This document shows positions 37,528 to 46,190 of a stretch of 64,000 nt of DNA, in pieces (position 1 is the stretch's first letter; each line of letters opens with the position of its first letter). Source of the stretch: a virus (Duplodnaviria; Caudoviricetes); IMG/VR virus record IMGVR_UViG_3300025389_001172, positions 1 through 64,000 of that record; one strand, written 5' to 3'. The translations under genes and the position numbers were made by a program. The notes under the pieces are model-generated. The model worked only from the letters and a program-made list of their open reading frames with translations, had not been told where the DNA came from and did not search any database.

Positions 37528-39336
37528 TTACCCTATCCACTTATAGATATAATATAAGGCCATATAAGGAGGAAGATTAGCGTAAGCTCCACTGTCAGTA
37601 CCGGTGCTTTCTATAGTGATATTGGTTTGCAAGACTACACCGCCCCCCACTGGAGTAGATCCCTGTTGATCTTGGAATGTATATTCTTTACTGGTATACC
37701 ATTGTACAGCATTGGCGGCGGTATATTCGTCAAATCCCCACCATGTCTGACCTACAGGAGCATTACCGTAAGGACCGTTAGGATTAGGAGTAGCTCCTGA
37801 CTTTTGGTTGGCACCTACGCTGGCGTGTTGATGACCGGGATCACTTACAGCAAAGGTTGTACCTGTGCCAATATGGTTGTGTGATACAATAACACTAGTT
37901 GATGTTCCGCCGCTGATAGTTTGAACTCCTGTAACTTCTGTAGCAGGCACTATTTGATTTCCCTGTATAGTATCACTAGCCGCACCTATGACAAATTGAT
38001 TTCGTAGATCTGGAGTTTGAACTCCATTTGGTGCTGTGGTACCATCACAGATAACCCAACCATATGGCAGTGCGAATTCGCTACCATACCACATGATCAC
38101 TGATCCGGAAGGTAATAGATTGTGCATAAATCCTACAGTGGCCACATCATTAGTGGCAGTGTTGCTGGTCGCTGTAGATACTGTGATGCTGAAGGTATTA
38201 GGAGTGACTCCGTCTGGATCAGCATAGGTGACCTGTAGGCTGGTACTATTGGCATAGACAGTGCCTTTGAGATTACGTGCCGCACCTGGAGTCACAGTAC
38301 CGAATTTATCCAATGCCGGGATAGTACTGAACTGCATGGTTGTGGCCTGTGTGGCAGTAAACTGCGGATTGATGAATGTTATGCTCTGGCCTATCTGTGT
38401 ATAATGCACATTGTACTGATTGGTTGTGTATACAGTGTTTCCGCCTACGCTGGCCACGGTATATGGTGTGTTAGTACCTGCGAAATATACCTTGGCTCCT
38501 GCACGTATACCCACTGGATTGAATATGCTGACCTGGTTGGTCAAACCACCTGGAGGACTGCTAGGGACATTAGTTATTTCTGTAGTGACTATGTTAGGTA
38601 ATAGAGCTATATTACCGTAGTATGATCCATCTGATACAACAGTAGCTCCGTAGGAACCTGCGAATGTGCCTGTGGTAAATGTATTACCACCTATAGTCAG
38701 TGAACGATTGAATACAGCACTGCCGCCTGTATAGGTAGTAGCATTGACTATGCCATTGAGATATGCCGCGTCGGCTATGCCTTCTGATAATTTTTTAACA
38801 TAGATTTTAGAATCAACTGAGGTTGAATCATTCCATATCTCAAATAAACATGGAGTACTGGTAGATATGCCAAATGGTTGAGGACCAGGACCTACACTGA
38901 TCACTGTGCCTACAGTAGCGGTAAATTGTACGTTGGTATATTGGCTGTCGGCCATGACACTGACTATCATGTTTCCTGATCTCTGCGCCTGTGGCATGTT
39001 AGTTATAGTGAGTATATTGTTGCCATTGTTAGGCAATATCACAGGCCAGAAAGTAGCAGTGGTATAGTCTAGGTTGACAGTGCCATCTGTGACACCGGCT
39101 ATGGGTGTACTGGCATTGACCAGATTGACATTCTTGATGGCGTAGCCACCGAAGTCGTTGTCTTGATTGGTCAACAGAGCTGTGATTTGTAAATTTACCA
39201 GATCTATATTAGTCGCACTGATTGCGGCTTTTATATTGCTAAAATTATTCCTAAAGCCTTGGCTGTCATTATTCTGTCCAGCGACGGGATAATTTGCATT
39301 GATAGATTGTATGTAGTAACTTGCTGTGGTGCTCAA
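37528..39336 (-). CDS. Tail/baseplate protein with tail-collar domain, paralog 1
   Basis: YPVAGQNNDSQGFRNNF; PSGSVIMW..LPYGWVICDG..PDLRNQF; NLPPYMALYYI. Confidence 0.8.
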   Translation of the reverse strand: MSTTASYYIQSINANYPVAGQNNDSQGFRNNFSNIKAAISATNIDLVNLQITALLTNQDNDFGGYAIKNVNLVNASTPIAGVTDGTVNLDYTTATFWPVILPNNGNNILTITNMPQAQRSGNMIVSVMADSQYTNVQFTATVGTVISVGPGPQPFGISTSTPCLFEIWNDSTSVDSKIYVKKLSEGIADAAYLNGIVNATTYTGGSAVFNRSLTIGGNTFTTGTFAGSYGATVVSDGSYYGNIALLPNIVTTEITNVPSSPPGGLTNQVSIFNPVGIRAGAKVYFAGTNTPYTVASVGGNTVYTTNQYNVHYTQIGQSITFINPQFTATQATTMQFSTIPALDKFGTVTPGAARNLKGTVYANSTSLQVTYADPDGVTPNTFSITVSTATSNTATNDVATVGFMHNLLPSGSVIMWYGSEFALPYGWVICDGTTAPNGVQTPDLRNQFVIGAASDTIQGNQIVPATEVTGVQTISGGTSTSVIVSHNHIGTGTTFAVSDPGHQHASVGANQKSGATPNPNGPYGNAPVGQTWWGFDEYTAANAVQWYTSKEYTFQDQQGSTPVGGGVVLQTNITIESTGTDSGAYANLPPYMALYYIYKWIG

Positions 39337-39352
39337 CTTATAAACTCCGTGT

Positions 39353-41113
39353 TCAAGGTAGTTTCTTCTTTATATCGTCTAGTTCAGATTTAAGTTCTCG
39401 GATAGCGGCAAAGGCTAATGCACAGAGTTTTTCGTAATCGACTGCTAATTGTCCATTAGATCTCGTTCTTACTGCTAGAGGGAATACTGATTGAACATCC
39501 TGAGCTATCACTCCAAAATCATGTTTACGTACATAATAAGGATCGGTCCCGCCTTGTGCGTTGAGATAATCGTCAGTCCAATCAAAGGTCTTACCACCGA
39601 TAAATGCTACAGCATCTAGAGCATTCTGGATATCTGCGATATTTTCTTTGAGGTTGCGATCTGAACTATAGTAGCTATAGATATCACCCCAGGCATAGAT
39701 ATTACCATAGCCTGCACCTGAGTTTACGTTGTCTACATTTAGGTTTCCATCGATGGTGATGTTGCCCGTGCCAGCAGTACTGTTTATATAACCTACTGCA
39801 CCTACACCTGCTATGGTTCCATTGTTATTGTATAAAAGTGTTGTGTTTGGTGCAAGAGTGAGAGATATACTTCCCACGTATCCTGCGATACCCTTGCTGC
39901 CTGTAAACCCTACATCACCTCGGCTACCTGTATAACCATCACGTCCAATGACTCCGTCGGTACCTGGATCTCCCTTACTACCCGTATATCCTATGAGGCC
40001 ATCTGCCCCTCCACTACCTGTATAACCAATATCACCTTTTGATCCTGTGTAACCGGTATCCCCACCTGGCCCTAACGAGCCTGTGTATCCAACTCCTCGT
40101 GATCCTGTATAGCCTACAGCGGCGAAGTCTCCTGGGATACCCTGGGCGCCTCGGCTGCCTGTGAATCCTATGGCTGAAAAAGCGCCCGGTGATCCTGTAT
40201 AACCTGTGGCCGAGTATCCGCCATCTTTACCCTGACTGCCCGTATAACCTTGATAAACTGAGGCACCTGAACTACCTGTAAATCCTATAGACCCTGTGTA
40301 TCCGGATCCTGAGTAACCTCGGCTACCTGTATATCCTGTTCCCCCAGATCCTGTATATCCGGATCCTGTGTAACCTCTGCTGCCAGTGAACCCATCAAAT
40401 CCGCGGCTACCATTGTATCCACTGCTACCCACATAACCTCGACCAGCATATGAACCGGAGAATCCTATGGGGCCTTGACTACCTGTGTAGCCATCGCGTC
40501 CTACATAACCCGACGAACCTGTGAAACCTACAGCGGCATACGCTCCTGAACTACCCACGTAGCCTAGCTCGCCTTTGCTACCCGTGTAGCCTAAACTGCC
40601 GATAAATCCATGGGAACCAGTGAATCCAGCTCCTTGGCTACCTGTGAAACCTATGCTACCTGCGTATCCAGGTATGGTACTGGCACTACCTGTATAACCT
40701 GCTCCCTGACTACCTGTGAAACCTACACTGCCTATGTATCCCGGTATGGTGCTAGCACTGCCTGTGTATCCTGCGCCTCGACTACCTACATAGCCTAGAT
40801 CACCTTGGCTGCCTGTATAACCTTGACTGCCTATAAATCCTATGCTACCCGTAAATCCGATACTGCCCGTGAATCCAATACTTCCCGTGAATCCGATACT
40901 GCCGGTGTAGCCTAGACTACCTGTAAATCCGATACTGCCTGTAAACCCGATACTGCCTGTGAATCCCTGTATACCTTGGCTACCACTATAGCCCCTAACC
41001 TGTAATAATGATTGGGCCTGTGATACTGTAATGGTTTGTTCGACTCCCTGGTCTACTACTACTACCAGAGTTTGTCCAGAAGTGGGGTTGATTAGTGGTG
41101 GAAAAATTGGCAT
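39353..41113 (-). CDS. Collagen-like (G[YF]TGS repeat) fibre with C-terminal S74 intramolecular chaperone
   Basis: Dozens of GYTGS/GFTGS units; SDRNLKENI..GVIAQDV..VDYEKL. Confidence 0.85.
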   Translation of the reverse strand: MPIFPPLINPTSGQTLVVVVDQGVEQTITVSQAQSLLQVRGYSGSQGIQGFTGSIGFTGSIGFTGSLGYTGSIGFTGSIGFTGSIGFTGSIGFIGSQGYTGSQGDLGYVGSRGAGYTGSASTIPGYIGSVGFTGSQGAGYTGSASTIPGYAGSIGFTGSQGAGFTGSHGFIGSLGYTGSKGELGYVGSSGAYAAVGFTGSSGYVGRDGYTGSQGPIGFSGSYAGRGYVGSSGYNGSRGFDGFTGSRGYTGSGYTGSGGTGYTGSRGYSGSGYTGSIGFTGSSGASVYQGYTGSQGKDGGYSATGYTGSPGAFSAIGFTGSRGAQGIPGDFAAVGYTGSRGVGYTGSLGPGGDTGYTGSKGDIGYTGSGGADGLIGYTGSKGDPGTDGVIGRDGYTGSRGDVGFTGSKGIAGYVGSISLTLAPNTTLLYNNNGTIAGVGAVGYINSTAGTGNITIDGNLNVDNVNSGAGYGNIYAWGDIYSYYSSDRNLKENIADIQNALDAVAFIGGKTFDWTDDYLNAQGGTDPYYVRKHDFGVIAQDVQSVFPLAVRTRSNGQLAVDYEKLCALAFAAIRELKSELDDIKKKLP

Positions 41114-41169
41114 CTTCTAGGCTCTTAATAAGTTTATAACATATTTAGCCGGAATGATAGATATCCAGT

Positions 41170-41391
41170 TTAGTGTATAGTGCGTCCTTCTGTGGCATCT
41201 ATACCGGATATACCGAATATTTTTAGGATTAACTGTATTTCTTCTGGAGGATCACCCAGGAGATCTTCTGGGTACATGATGCTTTTGAGCTCGCCATCTG
41301 CTGAGATTATGAATCCATAATCAGTAGGATCAAACTCGTCATCTTCTTCTAGTTCTAGTTCTACTGCTGGTACTGTTGTATTATTAGGCAT
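41170..41391 (-). CDS. Small acidic hypothetical protein
   Basis: 73 aa, GGAG RBS. Confidence 0.55.
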   Translation of the reverse strand: MPNNTTVPAVELELEEDDEFDPTDYGFIISADGELKSIMYPEDLLGDPPEEIQLILKIFGISGIDATEGRTIH

Positions 41392-41469
41392 TATTAACTC
41401 CGAAATAGTTTTACTGCTGTGTTACCGCTGATTTATGTAAAATGCCCTCCTGCTCTGTAATTCTATTTA

Positions 41470-42009
41470 TTAGAGTCTCTGATTGATCACGTCCCAATCG
41501 ATGATTTTCCATTGATTATTTAGATATGCTTCCTTGTCCCACTTGTAGTCTAGGGACCAACTATGTTCCCACCAGTCTATCAGTAGTATGATGTCGTTCT
41601 TGATCTCGTGGTTTTTGATGGTTTTGATCTCACCGTTCTTGGCCAGATAAGCCCATCCTGATCCCTGTATTTTCATAGCAGTCTCTTTGAACCGGTCCTT
41701 GAACTGGTCAAAAGATTTCCAGTGCTCTTCGATGAACTCCTTAGATTTCCCCACAGGTTGATTTGAACCTTTGGGTGGTCTGAATTGTGTGAAATAGATA
41801 TCGTGTAAGAAAGCACCTGCTTCATTGAAATCTGGATCACCTTCACGCTTGTTGTAACGATCTACATAGGCCTTGTAGAGATGACCATAGTGATAATCTA
41901 TAGCGGCCTTGCTAAGGCTACGGCCCAATGCATCACGGGCATAAGGTAATGGAGTTTGGACTAGGTCTTTGGCCTTACCTTCGTTTAGGTATCTGATAAA
42001 ATTATACAT
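41470..42009 (-). CDS. Fe/Mn superoxide dismutase
   Basis: LPYARDAL, HYGHL, HDIYF, GSGWAYL, DWWEH. Confidence 0.85.
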   Translation of the reverse strand: MYNFIRYLNEGKAKDLVQTPLPYARDALGRSLSKAAIDYHYGHLYKAYVDRYNKREGDPDFNEAGAFLHDIYFTQFRPPKGSNQPVGKSKEFIEEHWKSFDQFKDRFKETAMKIQGSGWAYLAKNGEIKTIKNHEIKNDIILLIDWWEHSWSLDYKWDKEAYLNNQWKIIDWDVINQRL

Positions 42010-42020
42010 ATAAATATTCC

Positions 42021-42120
42021 GTCAAGTGGTTAACGGGGCATCCGAGGACCCCTAGCTATGAACTTTCCCTGTTTTTGCGTAGCACAGCCAATGTGGCTCA
42101 AAGGTAAATCGGCGCTTGAC
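42021..42120 (+). ncRNA. Candidate multi-stem ncRNA behind a TATAAATA promoter
   Basis: Closing stem GTCAAGTG/CGCTTGAC with three internal hairpins; TATAAATA at 42009-42016. Confidence 0.45.
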
Positions 42121-42194
42121 ACTGAATTCAGTTTAATCATACTGTTATTTATTCATGGTTAAATAAACGTACATAAAATGAAAGGAATCCTATC

Positions 42195-42494
42195 ATGGAA
42201 ATCATTATCGCTATTGCTATAGTAATTGGTGCTGTTGCTGTGTATTTCAACCGTAAGCCAAAGACTGTAGAAGTTACAACAGAAGTACCTTACAAGGTAG
42301 AAACACCTACAGTTGAAGAAGCTCCTGTTGTTACTACAGAGACTGTCGAAGCTGTTATCGCTGGAGTACCAGCTGCCAAGAAGCCACGTAAACCACGTGC
42401 TCCAAAAGCAGAAGCTACTGCTAAGAAACCAGCCGCAAAAAAAGCCCCAGCAAAAGCCAGGGCTACTAAAACAGTAAAATCAAAGAAAGCCTAA
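42195..42494 (+). CDS. Membrane-anchored protein with Lys/Ala/Pro-rich tail
   Basis: N-terminal TM segment; KKPAAKKAPAK tail; AAGGA RBS. Confidence 0.7.
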   Translation: MEIIIAIAIVIGAVAVYFNRKPKTVEVTTEVPYKVETPTVEEAPVVTTETVEAVIAGVPAAKKPRKPRAPKAEATAKKPAAKKAPAKARATKTVKSKKA

Positions 42495-43508
42495 TTTCTG
42501 CGCTTGCCTAGCTAGTTCAAAACTGGCTAGGTTTTTTCCCTTACTCTCACACATTATATCGAATTGATCTAGAAACCCTAGGGCCCACGTGTTCACCGCT
42601 GTGTTCCACATAAAGTCAGAGTGGGCACGAAGTTTTTGCTTTTTATATCCCTGTTCGAGTAAGAGATTATAATCAGGGGAAATGTCTTGTGGATGATCGA
42701 CGAGATAGTCTTCCCTTGATTGGCTAAAATGACATACAGGGCGAATTCCACGCCAGCTATCTAGCAGTCTGGGGATGCGTGGGTCAGTGGGCTGGATGTA
42801 TTCGCCTTCGCGAATAAAGTAATGATGGACATCTAAAACCGTTGGTATGATGTCACTGAGACTGAGGCAGTCGTCAAGACCCCAAGAGTTTTCTTCGTTT
42901 TCAATTGTAATACAGTTGCGGGCTTCGGGTGAGAGGCGACTGTAGGCACTTCTGATACCCGCTGGACCGGCTCTACCCGCGATGTGGACATTAATTTTAA
43001 GGTCCTGGAATTTCTTACCATAGCCCATGAATCGTGCCATATCAGCATGATATTCAAACTCCTCTAATGATCTGTCGACGATGTCTGGGTTATCACTAGC
43101 CAGTACAGTAAACTGACCAGGATGAAAACTAAGACGTACATTGTGTTCACGAGCAATTTCGCCCACCCGGGCAAATCCTTGACCGAGGTATTGATCCACA
43201 TCAGGCCGAAGCCAAAAATAACTCCAAGACCGCTCAGTATAGACAGGAAGGATATCACTCCCAAGGCGGACCATGCGAAGGTGTTCATCTAGTGTACTGA
43301 CCCTTTCAACCAGCTTACGTACCGATTCTATGTTCTGTACCATTAGGTCCCAGAGCCGTTGTTCAGCTACGTCTTTGCTCTGTCTATTTAGCCAGGCCAC
43401 TGTAGTGGCGCCGGTGTTGTATTGTTTGGCATCATCAGTGGATTTGATGCCATCGACCTGGTGAGGATGGTCAATCCACTTACAGGCCCAGCCTATACGT
43501 TTGATCAT
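42480..43508 (-). CDS. uvsE: UV damage endonuclease (UvsE/UVDE)
   Basis: RIGWAC, VRLGSD, SFHPGQF, TIENEE, LDVHH, HFSQSR, RAHSD. Confidence 0.92.
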   Translation of the reverse strand: MIKRIGWACKWIDHPHQVDGIKSTDDAKQYNTGATTVAWLNRQSKDVAEQRLWDLMVQNIESVRKLVERVSTLDEHLRMVRLGSDILPVYTERSWSYFWLRPDVDQYLGQGFARVGEIAREHNVRLSFHPGQFTVLASDNPDIVDRSLEEFEYHADMARFMGYGKKFQDLKINVHIAGRAGPAGIRSAYSRLSPEARNCITIENEENSWGLDDCLSLSDIIPTVLDVHHYFIREGEYIQPTDPRIPRLLDSWRGIRPVCHFSQSREDYLVDHPQDISPDYNLLLEQGYKKQKLRAHSDFMWNTAVNTWALGFLDQFDIMCESKGKNLASFELARQAQKLGFL

Positions 43509-43707
43509 TATGACCTTTTATTAAATGATAGGTTGAGAAAAATTAATACTAAATCTATTGCTAGACCTCCCCAGTTTCCTATGGAAAAATCATGTAGTGC
43601 AGACAGACTTAACCAACCGATCAAGAACCAAGTGATCTCAGTATGATAGGTACGATACCACGTTCTAAACTTATCCATATAGACCTTTCTGTTGTAATAC
43701 TACTATT

Positions 43708-44646
43708 TTACACGATATTTCGGAAATAGTCAATGGTTTTTACCAACCCTTCTTCTAAAGGAATAGTCGGAGTCCAGCCCAATTTGCTGTTAGCTTTGGT
43801 GATGTCTGGACGTCTTTGTTTCGGATCATCTAACGGTAAGGGTTGCTGTACGATCTGGCTGGTACTGCCTGTGAGTTCTATGACCTTTTGGGCTAATTCC
43901 ATCATGGTAAACTCGCCAGGATTGCCCAGATTGATAGGACCAGGCACGCTGACATCAGGATCTAATGCCATATAACGCATCATACCATCTATGAGATCGT
44001 CGACGTAACAGAATGAGCGAGTCTGCTGTCCACTGCCATACATGGTGATATTCTCGCCACGCAGGGCCTGTACGATGAAGTTACTGACCACACGTCCATC
44101 ATTCTTGTTCATTCTAGGACCATAGGTGTTGAATATGCGAACGATACGCACATCTACATCGTGTACACGCCAGTAGTCCATGAACAGAGTTTCAGCGGCA
44201 CGCTTGCCCTCATCATAGCATGAACGGATGCCTATGGGATTAACATTGCCCCAGTATTCTTCTGGCTGTGGATGCACAGTAGGATCACCATAGCATTCAC
44301 TGGTACTTGCCTGCAGGATTCGAGCACCTGTTCGTTTGGCCAAGCCTAGTAGGTTATATGATCCCAACACTGAGGTCTTCATGGTCTGTATCGGATCCCA
44401 TTGATAAAAGAACGGGCTAGCTGGGCAAGCCAAGTTGTAGATCTCGTCTACTTCTACATATAATGGAAAGCAGACATCCTGTCGCATAACTTCGAAGTTC
44501 TTGTGATCTAATAGATGAGCTATATTGGCCTTGCTACCTGTGAAATAGTTATCCACGCAGAGCACGTGATGACCTTGTTCTACCAATCGATCACATAGGT
44601 GACTGCCTAAAAAACCAGCACCACCTGTTACTAATATTTTTTTCAT
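43708..44646 (-). CDS. UDP-glucuronate decarboxylase (UDP-xylose synthase)
   Basis: [52 protein letters not shown]. Confidence 0.9.
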   Translation of the reverse strand: MKKILVTGGAGFLGSHLCDRLVEQGHHVLCVDNYFTGSKANIAHLLDHKNFEVMRQDVCFPLYVEVDEIYNLACPASPFFYQWDPIQTMKTSVLGSYNLLGLAKRTGARILQASTSECYGDPTVHPQPEEYWGNVNPIGIRSCYDEGKRAAETLFMDYWRVHDVDVRIVRIFNTYGPRMNKNDGRVVSNFIVQALRGENITMYGSGQQTRSFCYVDDLIDGMMRYMALDPDVSVPGPINLGNPGEFTMMELAQKVIELTGSTSQIVQQPLPLDDPKQRRPDITKANSKLGWTPTIPLEEGLVKTIDYFRNIV

Positions 44647-44788
44647 TGTTTATCCTTTTTGTGCTCAATACCATACTGTTGGAACAGCCAATCTATAAAA
44701 TTCGATACCTGTATCTGACTGCCAAACTTTCGTTCATAGACTTCAAAAGCCCGTTCTACTCGATCTAACCATTCTTTGTCACCCATAT

Positions 44789-45238
44789 CTATCCCTCGTA
44801 AATCGCTGAATTGGCACCATGCTCGGCGCACTCTACTCTAACACACCAGCAACGTCCGTTGCTGGTGTGTTAGAGTAGAGTGCGCGCATAATTGAACGCA
44901 TGGTAGGCAAACTTCTCAGCACCTACACCAGCAAATATTCTAATCTCTGCTAGATCTAATGCTTCCAATTCCTGGAATTTAGATAGGTAAGGGTCATGTT
45001 GATCCAAACACAGTTTGTGATCAAACCTATCTTCCAACCAGGCTTTGAGCTTTTTAAGTCCGCCAAAGTCTACTGCCCAATTCTTGTCATCCAGTGAGTC
45101 ACATCCAAATGTGAATGTAAATGCTAGACTGTAACCATGTAGCAGGTGACAGTGACTGTGATCCGCATTGGGCTGTCGGAATACCGCTGACAGGCCAATA
45201 TTGTGCCCGTAATGCTTTGTTGAATAATATTTTGCCAT
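44789..45238 (-). CDS. queD: QueD (6-carboxytetrahydropterin synthase) with an in-frame TAA at 44870-44872
   Basis: CHLLHGY, DFGGLK, FDHK, AEKFA; frame continues past the stop as HTSNGRCWCVRVECAEHGANSAIYEG. Confidence 0.85.
44826..44885. repeat. Perfect 29-bp inverted repeat with 2-nt loop inside queD
   Basis: GCGCACTCTACTCTAACACACCAGCAACG-TC-CGTTGCTGGTGTGTTAGAGTAGAGTGCGC. Confidence 0.97.
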
Positions 45239-45254
45239 TACATTCTCCTATAAG

Positions 45255-45303
45255 ATTAGCAATGGCGGCAGAGTTTATGAATCGGGATGACGCCTAGACC
45301 GAT
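45255..45303 (-). promoter_or_regulatory. Candidate preQ1-I-like pseudoknot in queD 5' UTR
   Basis: AUCGG-UCUAGGCGUCAUC-CCGAU-UCAUAAACUCUGCCGCC. Confidence 0.4.
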
Positions 45304-45309
45304 ATATAG

Positions 45310-45338
45310 ATTATACACGCAGATATAATCTCTGTCAA
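45310..45338 (-). promoter_or_regulatory. Consensus sigma70 promoter for the queD operon
   Basis: TTGACA-17 bp-TATAAT. Confidence 0.85.
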
Positions 45339-45596
45339 TATTTATTGGTAGTTTATTTCAGTTCTTTGATTTCAGATTTGATCTGTGTGATATCTGTCTT
45401 GATATCTTGGATCATTTGTATCTGTATATTCTTCATACTAGATAAGTGATTGTATGTCAGCGCAAATAATATCCAGCCTGCGGATCCACCGACAATCAGT
45501 AGTAGAATTAAAAAAATGTAGTCTTGTTGTGCCATAATGTATTCTCCCATAATCACTTTTATTTAATCAGTCTTATGGGAGACTTTTGTCGGTAGT

Positions 45597-46190
45597 TTAT
45601 CTGCTCTCGACGATCTTATCGCATAGCCCATAGGCCAATGCCTGTTCAGCCGTCATGAATGTGTCTCGATCCATATCTCGTTCGAAATCTTCGTAGGTCT
45701 TGCCTGCGGTATTGTGTTTGACATAGAGACGGGTCAACATATCTTTCATGTGCATGATTTCTTTATAACTGATCTCTATGTCCGATGCCATACCACTGGC
45801 ACCACCTGAGGGCTGATGTATCATATGACGAGCGTAGGGCAACATGAAACGCTTGCCTGGATGTCCAGCCTGTGCTAGGAATGAGCCCATACTACAGGCC
45901 TGTCCTATGACATAGGTGCAGACATTGGGTTTGATAAATTGCATTACGTCATATATTCCCATACCAGCTGTGATAACACCACCTGGGCTATTGATATAAA
46001 AGTGTATGTCTTTGTCACTGTCTGCTGATTCTAAGTGTAGCATCTGTGCTATGACCAAGCTGGCCGATCCATCATGGACGGCACCGTTGAGGAAGACTAT
46101 GCGATCGTTTAATAATCGACTGAAGATGTCAAAGGCACGCTCACCCTGGCCTGTCTTCTCCACTACCATTGGTACTAAATCTGAATACAT
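45597..46190 (-). CDS. clpP: ClpP protease
   Basis: DIFSRLL, YINSPGG, ACSMGS, MIHQP, DRD. Confidence 0.96.
   Translation of the reverse strand: MYSDLVPMVVEKTGQGERAFDIFSRLLNDRIVFLNGAVHDGSASLVIAQMLHLESADSDKDIHFYINSPGGVITAGMGIYDVMQFIKPNVCTYVIGQACSMGSFLAQAGHPGKRFMLPYARHMIHQPSGGASGMASDIEISYKEIMHMKDMLTRLYVKHNTAGKTYEDFERDMDRDTFMTAEQALAYGLCDKIVESR

Noticed and set aside
35710-41113. Diversity-generating retroelement or invertible tail-fibre switch
   Set aside because: No reverse transcriptase, recombinase, adenine-specific repeat pair or flanking inverted sites seen; the paralogs are diverged throughout
44870-44872. Stop-codon reassignment or programmed readthrough in queD
   Set aside because: TAA, TAG and TGA all end genes normally elsewhere, no suppressor tRNA is seen, and the palindrome explains the stop
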